From Eledone cirrhosa (Eukaryota): a stretch of 64,000 bases of DNA. The notes under the pieces are model-generated. The model saw only the letters and a list, made by a program, of their open reading frames with translations. It searched no databases and was not told where the DNA came from. The stretch is from contig OZ024746.1 in the NCBI GenBank assembly GCA_964016885.1, positions 31,310,001-31,374,000 on the forward strand, given 5' to 3'. The position numbers and the translations under genes are program-made. Below, piece after piece: positions 28,850-41,845 of the stretch. Within the stretch, counting starts at the first letter, position 1, and every line of letters begins with the position of its first letter.

Positions 28850-29700
28850 CATGGAATTTCTGCCTACCCCTTTTCTGACATATTGATATCTGCCTCTTGT
28901 CCTCTTCCCTAGATATTAAGACTTTCATCTTTACTAAATTTACTCTTAGGTCTTTTTACTCTAGGTTCTCCTTCCATGTTTGAAATTTTGCTTCTAATTC
29001 TCCTACGGATTCAGATATATGGACTAGGTCATCAGCATATAGGAGCTCCCATGGAGTGCCAGTTTTAAACTCTTCAGTAATGGCCTGAAGGACAATGATA
29101 AACAGAAGTGAACTAAGGACTGAGCTCTGGTGGACCCCTCTCTACATGCACTTCAAATTCATCATCGTACTGATTACCAACTCTCACTCTGCTACTTGCT
29201 CCTCTATACATGGCTTGCATAGCCCTCACAAGCCATTCATCTACACCTACCTTCTTTAGCTACTACCAGATTACAGAATATGGGACCCTGTCAAAGGTCT
29301 TCTCCAGATCAACAAATGCTAGATACACTGGCTACCCTTAGTTAATTACTTCTCCTGTAGTTGTCTCACTAGAAAGAGGGCATCAATCCAAACTGTATCT
29401 TATCTAACTTAATTCTCTCCCTAATAATTTGTGCTATAACCCTTTACTTAACTTTCATGGCCTGGGCCATCATCTTGATGCCTCTTTAATTACTTCTCTC
29501 TAGTGCATCTCCTTTGTCCATGTAACAATTTACAATGATACTGCTGCAGCAGTCATTGGATATGACACCATCTAGCATGTATCCTACTATGCCAGATGTT
29601 TTTAGCATTTCAGCAACTATACCAGATGGTCCAGTTGCTTTCCCTACTTTCATGTCCTTAATTGCTTTATCTATCACACTGCTGTCAACTTTTATTAACT
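28850..29700 (-). mobile_element. Decayed RTE LINE RT fragment
   Basis: KAIKDMKVGKATGPSGIVAEMLK and reverse-complement ELLYADDLV; many indels. Confidence 0.85.
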
Positions 29701-30879
29701 GCCCTCTCTACTTTACACCATCTTCTATCACCACCACCATCTTCCACCTCACAACCCCACATCACTACCCTCCACAACCTCACCACCTTACACCAGCCCA
29801 CTATCAATCTGCTAAAAATGTCTTCAGTCTTCCATAGAACTCAACTGAACTCACCAAAATCTATTCCACCCATTCCTTCTATATATCCCTTTCCTCCTGT
29901 TTTCCTTCCCTCCATCCCTCCCCACTCTCTTTCCATCATCCTCTCTCCACCACCACCCTCTCCCACTCTCTCTCTCTCATATATATATATTCCGCCATAA
30001 CTGGAGATTCAACTTCAATTTGATTTAATTTAAATTCTTTCATATTTTCAGAATTACAATTAAAAGAAATAAAAAATATAAGAATTCTAGAAATCAAAGG
30101 AAAATTTGGAATATTCCAAAGACATTGTCTAACAATATTCTAGACTGTTCTATGGAACATCAGTCTGACATGGAACTTGCCACAAAGATAATTATCTTAA
30201 ATTCAATTAAAAAATTTTAATTAAAGAAACTCCTGATTTTTATATCAAAGTTAAAAATAAAATAAAACATTAATTCTAAAATTATATTTAACGATTGGTT
30301 GACTTAGGAAGAATTGGGAAATTTAGAATTTGAAAATATAGTTGCCACATCGCAAATAACTATAGATAATATAATAATTTATTTAATAATTTATTCAACT
30401 ATTATTTTAGTTATCTGCATTGTAGCAACTTTCTTTTCAAATACTCATTTCTGCCTTTGGTAGGGGTGGGGATTTTAAAAATGTCTTTAACATATTTTTG
30501 GTGCTACAGTATGGTCATAGCCAACAATGTTGCTGGCCTTCTTTTTACTGCTTAGTGAGAGAGAGAGATGTATGATAACTATGACTCATTACCAGGTCTC
30601 TGGAACTGATGAGAGGAAGGGGGCAGTGTCCAAGACTTTTCTCAGGGTCTTTGAGACTGTTGAGAGGAAGGAAGTTATCCTCTAACTAGAAACCTAACCT
30701 GAATGATTGCAACAAAGGTTTTAAGACCCTTTTCTCCCTAGTAATACAAGGGTTAACCTTGTGGACCCTGTGAATGACTGCATACTCATCATGGAGTCCT
30801 TTTTTCAAGCAATGTTTTATAGTTGGTTGCCTTTTCTGGCACCAACCCATTTAGTCAGCACTTTTTAAAAATTGACTGT

Positions 30880-31045
30880 TCATGAGAATTCCTATATGCC
30901 GAAGATCTAGTCTTCATAACAGAATCTGCTGCAGAACTAAAGAAGAAATTCCAGATCTAGAAGCAACATCTGGAATAGAAAGACCTTAAAGTCAACTTAG
31001 TAAAGACTAAAGTCCTAGTAAGTAGAAAAGAAACCAATCCCTTTC
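30880..31045 (+). mobile_element. Short RTE RT fragment
   Basis: Translates as FLYAEDLVFITES..LKVNLVKTKVLVSRK. Confidence 0.7.
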
Positions 31046-33254
31046 CCCGGGGAGGCAAATCTGCACCACATTTAGCAATCCACTTCCACAGTGAGACCAA
31101 TCTCCTGACAGAGGAGGACCAATCCCCTGCTCCAAGGAAACCAATATTAAAACGCAATACCAACATATACCAATATGTATGTGTAAAATAAACCTATGTT
31201 GGTGCCAAAAGTCCCTCAAATCACTGGACAACATCTGTAAATAAAGGAAGGAAACATTGATGAATGTAATCTGTTCCCCGTTATAATATGACCGAGATCA
31301 CTTAGTTGTGGATTGGTACCATGAGTAGGTAGAGTTGTCTGCCGTAGAAGAAAGGAGCACTGTTTAATCAGTCTGTGTCTGTGTCCCCCTAGCCAGGCAC
31401 TATCTGTAGCTGTCACACAAACTGTCTCCCTCTATGTGAACACTCAACTATAAGAAATAGCAGCCATATATCTCTCAAATCACACTGGCTTAAAAAGAAC
31501 ACATGAAATATAGTCGTGGCTACACTATGTCAGAAAGAGAGATGAGATCGTCATGGATGGAAGGTCATCTTTCTCAGGAATTAAACAACAAATACGTGTT
31601 TATTAGAAAATCAAATGTAAACCATAATGACATTACAAGCTTCCATATAATTGAATGCCAATTGTTGCTGCCTCAGATGATGACATAAAGGAATCTATGG
31701 AGTTCTCTGAACACCTTCTCCTCCCTTCCCTACTAGCTCACTCTCCTCCTTCTCCTGAAGAAATTTTGACAATGGATAAAAGGAAATCATGTATGGAAGA
31801 ATAGAATGGAAAGAAAAGGCTGACAAAAATAAAATAAACAAAAATGAGAGCAATAGAGAAAAAGTGAAGTTGGGTAGAAAAAGAACGAGGGAGACAAATA
31901 GATAGATTGAGAGAGAGATAATTAGAGAAAGAGAGAGAATGAAATGGATAGATAGACAGAGAGAGAAGGAGGAGAGAAAAGTGAAATGTGAAGCTAATTT
32001 TCTCAATTAAAATGATTCAATTACTTAGCTGAAATCATGACAATATTAATGGTTTCTGATTTAGGCACAAGGCCAGCAATTTGAAGGGGAGGGGAAAGTT
32101 GATTAAATCAACCCCAGTGCATTACTGGTACTTTATTTTATCACCCCGTAAGGATGAAAGGCAAAGCTAACCTCCGTGGGATTTGAACTCGGATATAAAG
32201 GGCCGTAGCTCTATGCTTCAAAGCATGGTGCCTGACGCTCTACCAATTCTGCCTAATGATTTCTTTTATTTGCCACAAGGGCATTGAATGAGAAGACATT
32301 ACAGAGACAAATTACATAAAGTGTGAGGGCTTACATAGAAATTGGATGAGGGGGAAAAAAAAAAGAATTTCATGTATATATGTATATATATATATACACA
32401 TACATACAGAGAGAAAGAAATACACATATAAATATGTTTAAACACACACACACACATAGAGAGAGAGAGAAAAACATCTTCACATATATGATGATGATAA
32501 AACATCCTCCTGATGTTAGAGAACCTTCAAATAGGGACAATTGGGGAACCCCACAAGAAATCCATGTTCGCCCTGGTTATCACGGGCAGGTGCCCTCTTC
32601 TGATATCCTTTCTTCAACCTACAGGATAATCCTGAGAGTAGAACCATTCACTCTTGCCATTTTCAATAAAGTCACCCATCATCATCGTTTAATGTCCATC
32701 TTCCACGCTAGCATAGGTCTGGACGGGAATTGTCCCACTTCAGGCAAGATTGGTTGTCTTGCTCGTATAGGACTGTCTGGCGGGTTTTCTACGGCTGGAT
32801 GCCCTTCCTAACACCAACCACGTTTACAGTGTATAACTGGGAGGTTTTTACCGTGTTACCTACACAGCCACATTACAGCGTGGACTGTGTTTTTTTTTTT
32901 TGTCGTGACACCTACACCTCATTTGTTTCGGACTGGATGTTATGGTACCAACATAACTTTACATTGGAAGGGGTGGTGTGGATGGGGTGGGGGTAGTGGG
33001 ACGAGGGTGTATTTTGTTAGAGGTGCCTACTGACTGTAGGTTTCGCTTTGTACTTAGGCAAGGCGGGTCTAAACATCTTTTATAAAATTTACTTGAGGAG
33101 ATTACTTCCCTCTCTACTTTCACCTTTCTTTTCAAATGGAGTTTGAAAATAAAAAAAAATAAAAATCGATGAGAGCTTAACCAAAGAGGAATGAGATCAT
33201 CCTCAGTCCTCTCAATTTTGTCCACCATGCAACTTCTTTTGTTATTCTCTCCAA

Positions 33255-33540
33255 ACAAAGAAACCTTCTTGCCCTTCCCAGTTAAAGGAGGGCAGTGGAG
33301 TGATCTTCATAATGGACTCAGCTGATAACTTGATTTGTCCTACATGCGACAACAGCTGTTCATTATAATCCCACAGGTCAGCGATGCCTGGACAGTAAAT
33401 GAGTGCATGCAGAACAGTTTTGTCATCATGGAAAGGTCCGTCTCATGGCAACACCATACCAGTAGAGTTTATCTCATATTGATAGAGCTCCTTGATACTA
33501 CTGCCAGGTCAGAGATTCTTAGTTGTCCATGAAGGTCCCT
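33255..33540 (-). mobile_element. Tx1/L1-like LINE C-terminal zinc-knuckle remnant
   Basis: Reverse translation gives DDKTVLHALIYCPGIADLWDYNEQLL (E/D-T..H...CP...W). Confidence 0.55.
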
Positions 33541-34005
33541 GTGAGCTGATGGAAGAGGTTGTGAACCACAAAATAGATACAAAAGGGGTGGGGTTTAATA
33601 AACTTAATAATAATAATAATATTTCAATAAGTAATGTATTACAGGAATTATAGATGAGATATTCTTTGACAACCAGGGTAGGTAGTCAGTGTATTAATGA
33701 GTGATTTTTCCCAAACATGTACAAAAAAGTGATATAAGTTAGTTTACCATGAAGAGAAATAGCAACCAAATGTCCTCAAAATCAGAATTACTGTCTTATA
33801 AATGGGAAGGACACATTTGATAATGTAGTCATACATAACTGGCCTGGAATACCCTTTATCATAGGTCTGCTTGATACTGACTGACCTGGGGTTAAACAGC
33901 AACAATAGCTATATTGAATCTACTAGCAACTTTGGTATTGAACAAAGATGAGCTGTAAGTGGGGACACACATGCATACCTATATATACACATATATCTCT
34001 CTTTC

Positions 34006-34043
<38 letters not shown>

Positions 34044-35156
34044 TGCCTATATATATATACATACATACACACATTCACATATATACATCCATAGACGCAT
34101 ATTCATATGTATATAGACACATACACACACCCAGAAGTGATCTCCTTCAGTTAAAACCACAGAAACTCAACCATAAAACACTGTCTGATATATTAATGCC
34201 AATTTCTAAACATCCATTAGTTACAACTAAGGTTTCTTCATAACTTAACCAACATTTTTTTTATTGAAACATTTAAATAGAATTTTGAGATAATGTAGTT
34301 GAAATATAATTATCTGTGAAAGATTTTAGAGAAATATTTCTACTCAAAATTATATTTTAGATTTATTATATCGCCATCATCATCGTTTTGTCCATTTTTC
34401 CAAGGTTTTTTCCAGCATAGCAGCCTCCCACTTTGTCATCTCCTGTTAGGTTCAGTGATTTGAAATCAGCTGACAACCTTAGCCCAGATCTTATTTGGTC
34501 TTCCTCTACTGTAGCTTCCTTCCACTAAGATTTTTTGGTACTTCTTCATCCAGTGATTATCTATACACATCACGTTCATACCAGTGCAAGCTTTTCTCCT
34601 GCACACTACACTTGACCCCTCTTATACTGTTTCTCTCCCTGCCTATCCGTACTTCACTGTTCATGCACATTAATATTACACATACATCTGAGCATGCTCA
34701 CTTCATTTCTCTCCAGTTTTTGCATATCCTTAGCATTTATGTGTGTGGCATCATGACTGTTTTATGTGTTTTTCCATGCTTTCACAGGTCTTTTCAAGCA
34801 CAGCATCCCTCCAATCATTTGTCATCTCTATGAGGTTCAGCTCTTACAATTTCTGCCTAAGTCTTCCTTGGCCTTACTCTGCTGCAGCTCCCTTCCACTG
34901 AGAACTCCAAGCAATCATCATACATGGCTTTTTTTGTGGCAATATATATTTTTCAACACTAAATTATAAATAATAATATACCATATTTGCCAGCCTATTG
35001 GGCACCCCTTCACATAAGACGTGCCCTCTTTTTAAAAAATTATATTTTGACATTTATAGGCATTTTTATGGACCACGTCCAATATTCGCTGATGCTCTAG
35101 GAACATAACCCCTACAAATACCTGGGGATAACTGCATCTATATATATATATACATA

Positions 35157-35276
35157 CAGGCTGCAAAATAGATATACAGTAATGAAAAACAAACAAAACT
35201 TATTAAATGAATCCTAGCACCACTATTATAATACTTGTATAATCCTTACTGTACACCTACTTTTGCAGCCCCCTGT
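35157..35276. mobile_element. Small Tc1-like MITE
   Basis: TIRs CAGGCTGCAAAATAGATATACAGTAA and TTACTGTACACCTACTTTTGCAGCCCCCTG. Confidence 0.6.
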
Positions 35277-36506
35277 GTATATATATACTGTAATATGTAA
35301 TAGACGATCCTGTTATAGTCACATATTAGTGACTCTACAGATACATTTTACTTTGCTCCTTCTCTCTGTAGCAAGAAGTTCAGTGAGGAATTTAATGTGT
35401 AATTAGGCATCTATGTGTTGTAGCTCAGTTTAATGTGTAGTGAGGTGTCCATGTATTCTGGCTTAGTACTCAGTCCTATCCTTTATTTTCGTTCCTTGCA
35501 CCATAACAGAAGAGCGTAAGACTAGCTGTCATTAGAAACTCCTGTCTAACAATGACCTAGTAGCCATAGTTGAAAACTAATGTTTGTTAATCCTTTATTG
35601 TTCAAACCAGCCAAAATTCTCTACCTCTTTCTGTTGAAACTAGCTGTAACTGATGTTAAGGTATTGTTCTCAAAATCTCATAGATTCGATATTATGTGAG
35701 ATAAAGCCTTTACCATTAAAATATAATAGTATATATAAAATGTGAATGCTAAAGGGTTAACTTCACAGAGCAGAATTGATAACCTTCAACAAGGGCTCAC
35801 ATGTGACCCACACCAGACAACTAACATCTAAGATGATGAGGTAACATTTAAAATGTCATATAACTCTTACATTGCTTGTGACTTTCGAAAACAATTAAGA
35901 ATTTGGAAAGATTTAGTAATAAAGCTAATATGAGACAATGAGAAAGTTAAACATCAGTGACACCAACTACTTCAGTGAGTCACAAGAAAGGTGATGAGTT
36001 CCATCCGAACTTCCTCTCCCCTCTCCATAACAAATAGACACGTTTTTGAATGTGTGTACACACACATATGTAAATATACATAGTGTGTAGACAAACTGTT
36101 TATATAAATATGTATATATGTACAAATATATATGTGTGACACTGTTGGTTAAGTTGTCTGGGGGTAATTTTACATAGTATCATCAGTGTAGGTGGTGGTG
36201 GGGTGTGAGATACTTTCGGGGGGGAGGGTACGGTGAGAGCTTCTTTAGTGGTGTGAGATGTCCGTTACTATGATGTTTGGTGACAAACTCTTAATGCTCT
36301 TGACATAAAGACTCATATTCTACTTGACATTCATAATTGGTTCGTAAGCTGGAGGGTAATATAGTTATATATAAATGTGTGTGTGTATATTTATAGCTGT
36401 GTACACACACACATGCACTGTCATTTTTCTGAGAAAATAAAATTTACACTCTACTTACATATATTCAATTCACATTCAGTTAATGTTTGAATGTTTTAAT
36501 TACTAT

Positions 36507-36551
<45 letters not shown>

Positions 36552-37029
36552 TATAGTTATACTTTGGGAGTCATGCTGCCAATAAAACACACACACCCAT
36601 ACAATCAGTTAAGTTTCATTAATACTTGGGTAGCTAGTGTTGGTGAATATTTCTAGGCTGTCTCCATTGACTTAGTTGTTTAGTTTGCATATTGACCCCC
36701 CCCCCCCCCTCCCACACATTTCTATTTATTTTATAACATGAGATTTCCAGTAATCATTTTTTTTGTCATGTATGTTTTTTAGTTTATGAAGAAAATTGTC
36801 ACAGGAATGCTACCACTTAAAATAAAATTTTGCCGGACATAGATTAACATAATAAACGATTGGGGAGGGGTATTTGAGACTCGATAGTAATTCATTCATT
36901 GGTTGGTTTAATAGTCAGTTATGTCACCTTCTCAATGACTATTTAACACTATCTCCTGGTTTCGACTTTGCTCCAGTCACTCCATCTTTTCTCTTTTTGT
37001 TTTATTGTTGTGTATGTGTGTGGGACAGT

Positions 37030-37260
37030 GGTCACTTTCAGTGGTGTTTCTATATGACACTGTCACTTTATGGCATGTCTCTGTGGTCTGTAGGAGTCAC
37101 CTTCCAGCTCACGCAGTCATCACCAGAATGGAAGCATACAAACCAATCCCTGGCACTGTGTTCGGACATGATGTGTGACCCAAATACATCACTAATGTTG
37201 CGGCGAGGCCAGATTTGAAGCCACAGATAAATTCTTTCGATAGATCCATGTTGCTTCCCC
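37030..37260 (-). mobile_element. Mariner transposase HTH remnant
   Basis: RRNISDVFGSHIMSEHSARDWFVCFHSGD resembles the mariner RNI..VFG...SE.T...WF..F.SGD motif. Confidence 0.6.
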
Positions 37261-37821
37261 TTTAATGGCATTGCAGAAAATTAGAAATGCATATCAATGT
37301 CTCTACTTATGTGTGCATGCACAACCCTCAACATTTCCAAAAAACTCAACTAAAATACCTCCTTTTGAAAAATGGAGGGAACTTTCTGTCCAACCCAATA
37401 TACAGTATATATATTCCATAAACTGCCATTCCAGCGCTATGCAACATAAACCTCTTCTATATCCAGTGGCACAAACATCCACTGACCACAAGCAAATACA
37501 ATTACTATCACTGATTCTGTACAAGCAGGCTTGACATATGAGAAGAGGACCTTCTATAGCCCACTTCTCTAGTGAGTGACCAAATTAGGACAAAAGTTTA
37601 CAAATCAACCTGACCAGAACACATAACATCCTATAATACATTAAGCAAGGCATTCATTTAAAGTATAAAACACACCTGTGACTATATCGCATTAAAATTT
37701 CAAGTCCCCAGTCTAAATTTGCAACCTGTCCACTAGTAAAGATACATTTGAATTAAACCTATTTTTAGATATTGAGCTGTGCCACATATTTATAGTCAAC
37801 AATTATATAAATATGTCCAAA

Positions 37822-37827
37822 TTTATT
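37822..37827 (-). terminator. Putative NACA polyadenylation signal AATAAA
   Basis: TTTATT on the plus strand about 170 nt downstream of the stop codon. Confidence 0.55.
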
Positions 37828-37993
37828 GTTTAAGAACTGTACAGAGAGAAGGAGAGAGAAAGACAAAAGAATATAGATTTAAAAAACATTGTACATGGTA
37901 AAAGACATAGTTGAAAGCAAAGTTTAAAAAAAAAAAAGAACTGCCAACGTATTTAAGGTAACGTTTATATAGATGTTTGTTATACAGGCTTCA

Positions 37994-38008
37994 CTACATG
38001 GTCAATTC
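37994..38008 (-). CDS. NACA: NACA last coding exon (ELTM-stop)
   Basis: Polypyrimidine tract plus CAG acceptor, then GAA TTG ACC ATG TAG. Conserved ELTM C-terminus; total protein 213 aa. Confidence 0.93.
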   Translation of the reverse strand, partial: ELTM

Positions 38009-38625
38009 CTGAAAAGAGAGAAGAAAAAAGAAACATCAATATATTTTCAGTGTTCAATATAGAATTAAAATAGGAAATTCCCAAGTCAACCATTCAATGT
38101 TTTCAAACCCCAATAATATTCTAGAGTTGTCTCCCTTAAAACAATGGCCGTTGTTTGATGCGCTATCACCATTCTACACAATTGTGGTGAAAGGGAAGAG
38201 AAATGTTTTTACAAGTGACAACAGTTTATGTAGTGATCAAAAGTAACATGGACCATCCCATTAGTTCAAGCGGGAAGCCAGCAACTTACAAGCCATGCTT
38301 AATGATCTCGTTGAAAGTAGCATGGGACACAAACATGAATGATTACATCTGACAAAGCCAGCCTCCATAGTAGTTGTCAGTTACAATAAACAGAGTACTC
38401 TCCCTTGAGAGTTGGTTCAACTATTGATCTAATTACCACTAAGTACTGCACTAATTAACCGTCATTTAACTAATTAACTACCAGCAAGGAAAGAAACAAT
38501 GGTTGGCAGATTCTTGTTTGTGTTAAAGTTAGATTTAGTTAAGATATAGAAGTTACATCTGGGAAGGGAAACCTAAAACCTACCTCTACAATACATCTGT
38601 AATACCAACTTACCCCACCCTGTCA

Positions 38626-38796
<171 letters not shown>

Positions 38797-38914
38797 TTAG
38801 TGTTACACTGGGTCATTCCTCTACTACATGTAGTGGACTCATACCCCTCACACCACACTTCCATACACCATAGTCAACAAATTCTCCTTAAAAACCAAAC
38901 ATCTGTATATTTAC

Positions 38915-39049
38915 CTCTTCTTCTTCAGATTCCTCCAGAATTGGTTGAGATAGAGGATTCTGTGCACCATCAGGACATGTGGCAGGGTTTTCTGGGGCTT
39001 TAAACTTCTCTGCAGCAGCCATTTGGGCCTGTTGACTCAAATCTTCAAT
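38915..39049 (-). CDS. NACA: NACA coding exon 4 (IEDLSQQAQMAAAEKFKAPENPATCPDGAQNPLSQPILEESEEEE)
   Basis: 135 nt, phase 0/0, AG/GT flanked. IEDLSQQAQ.AAAEKFK motif. Confidence 0.96.
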
Positions 39050-40087
39050 CTAAAACAGTCCAAAGAGAAACAATTCTTTCCTTAAATTATCAATCATCTA
39101 TCTACATCAGGGTTCAGGTTATAAATCAGACGGCATACATGATTTCCTACTACTGCCATGACATTTTACAATCACTGCTAAGTACGTGACACCACTGGTA
39201 TGACCATTCTGATTCAGATGTAGTCATGACGGCTTTGAAATATCAATACACATGGATTTAGGAACTCTTGCTCCAAACTAAGCATAAAGAGCAAATAAGG
39301 AAACATGAATATTCCTTAGTAAAAATGATCAAACTGGAGCATAGTAATGTTTTCAATAAAACATGTTTGAAAGAAAAGGTGTTCCCTATATATATATATA
39401 TATATATAAACAGTGGCAGGTAAGACAGTGGTTAAGAAGTTTCCTTAATCATATTTTATGTAAAATTAGTTCTACCATGTATTATATTCACATATTTCAC
39501 AATACCCCATCAGTTTGTTGAATTATAATTAGTAAAATTAACAATAACCCCAGATATTTAACTTACCCTGATATTTATAATGAAATTGAAATTATTCACG
39601 ATTAATGCTAAATATCTTAATTTCACAAAATTAAATCTTAATGGCTAGCACACTCAACAAGAGTAAATGTAAAAATATAGATTCACCATATAAGTTAATA
39701 TAGTGAATCAAAGATTATTTACACAAATTTATAACCATGTCAACAAAGTGTGTGTAAAAATAGACACCCCCGCTCCAGCTTGGCCAAGGGCACAACACAA
39801 AAAGCATTCACTCCACAATGTAAAGTGGTAGTGTTGGTGCCACAATAAAATGCTCCCAGGACAGGCTGTAGGAAGGGTATCAAGCCACAAAACCGTATAA
39901 GCTAGACATGGTCAACTGACCAGTCTTATCTTGAACGTGATATTAATGCTAATCAATGCAAGCATGGAAAAATAGATGTTAAGTGGTGATGCTGATGACA
40001 TATATATAGTGTATATTTGTAGATTATACATATACACATATAATAAACCTACCTGGGCTTGACCAAGTATCTGATGCTGGACTGTCA

Positions 40088-40330
<243 letters not shown>

Positions 40331-40604
40331 TTAGGCTGGTGTTCTAAAGTTTATAGGATTGCTGGTGATGGTGGTGGTAGTTGTGGTAGTGATGGTGTTG
40401 GTGATAGTTGGGATGGCAATAGTGGTGGTACTGAGTGTTGGTAGTAACAAAGATAGTGTTGGTGATAGTGGTAGTAGTTGGGATGGCTGTAATAATGATG
40501 ATGATAATAATAATAGTAGTTACCATGTTAGTGGTGTGTGTGATGCCAGTTAAGCTAAACTAAATATAAAATGAAAGAAAATTAAAATAAACAAAATATT
40601 TTAC

Positions 40605-40698
40605 CAAGTTTGGACATGGCCTTCCTGGCTTTTTTTTCACTTCTACTTTGTTTGGCTTTGCTGACCAGTTCCTCTTGAAGACCAGCTACTTGAGCCAC
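40605..40698 (-). CDS. NACA: NACA coding exon 2 (VAQVAGLQEELVSKAKQSRSEKKARKAMSKLG)
   Basis: 94 nt, AG/GT flanked. KQSRSEKKARKAMSKLG is the start of the NAC domain. Confidence 0.96.
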
Positions 40699-41701
40699 CT
40701 ATAGACAGACAAACACATTAACATTAATATAATCACACTAATACATGTCTAAATTAGTGTACAATTACACCAGCTTCATCAATATAGTTCTAGATCTTCT
40801 CATATCCATGTATTCCAAATCTTGGAGTCACCCTCATCCAGGTGACCCAAGCCCAGGACACATCCACGTTGTATTGTGCAGTACTGGGTGTTTCGCAACC
40901 TATACCCTCATCCAGGAGATCCAACCAAGATTGATCAAGCTTCAATCTCTGTGTTGAAATGGCATACATACTATTGACCTCACTGGTCTTACCTCTCAGA
41001 TCTTTTTATTGATCAGGGCCATTAAATCCTCAGCTGGGTCAGTGGAGTGCTAGTAGAGACAGTAAACACATGGAACCTCTGGAAGCCTAGCTCCTGTTAA
41101 AGGTGTATGACAAGTGTGGTGGGATTTGAGAGAGGGGGTAACAGCTACAAAATGGTTATGACTGATGTCATAATTTTAGGGTGGGGTGTGATGGTGAAGA
41201 TAGATAAGGAGTGCTAGTAGAGAGGATATGGATACATGGGTGGGTAGTACAGTGGAGAAGATAGCTGAGTGATAGAGGGGAGAGCTACTAATGGTGAGGA
41301 TAGCTACAAAGGAGTGATAGTGGAAGGGGCAGGGATATTGGTGGGCCAGGTCATATTTTATGCCAGTAGGGAGTGGATCTTCTCCAGTACAGCTTGTGCT
41401 TTTGAAAAAAAATTATCAATGTCCTATACCACATGAAACCACATTATCAAGACATTGTTACTATGGCTGCATCACATTAACAATTCAAGACTTTATTCTA
41501 ATACAAGTTTTCATAACAATCTGTCTAGTATTAAAGATACTATAAACATTTGAATGAAATACGTTTTTAGATATTTTCTGCTAAATAATTACAAAGAGGT
41601 GAATGGCAAAAATGACTCTTCCACAATGTAATTGCTTCAGTTTTCAACAGTCTCAGATCAAGCCATATACAGCCTGTAAAATATCAACTAATGCAGCCTA
41701 C

Positions 41702-41845
41702 CTGGCTTTGTTGTGATGTACCAGCACCATCATCTTGTAATTCTGGTAAGGAATCATCAGATTTAGAGTCAGAATCAGCATCATCATCATCTTCAACTTC
41801 TTCCTTCTTATTCTGAACAGGTTTTTCTACAGCTTCAGTTGGCAT
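41702..41845 (-). CDS. NACA: NACA coding exon 1 (MPTEAVEKPVQNKKEEVEDDDDADSDSKSDDSLPELQDDGAGTSQQSQ)
   Basis: ATG at 41845, acceptor AG at 41860-41859, donor GTAGG at 41701, phase 0. Acidic N-terminus with the SDDS.PEL motif of NAC alpha. Confidence 0.92.

Noticed and set aside
39124-39235. Possible C/D snoRNA in a NACA intron (AATCAGA/TCTGATT terminal complementarity, CTGA near the 3' end)
   Set aside because: No convincing RUGAUGA C box on the sense strand and no rRNA/snRNA guide that I can recognise.
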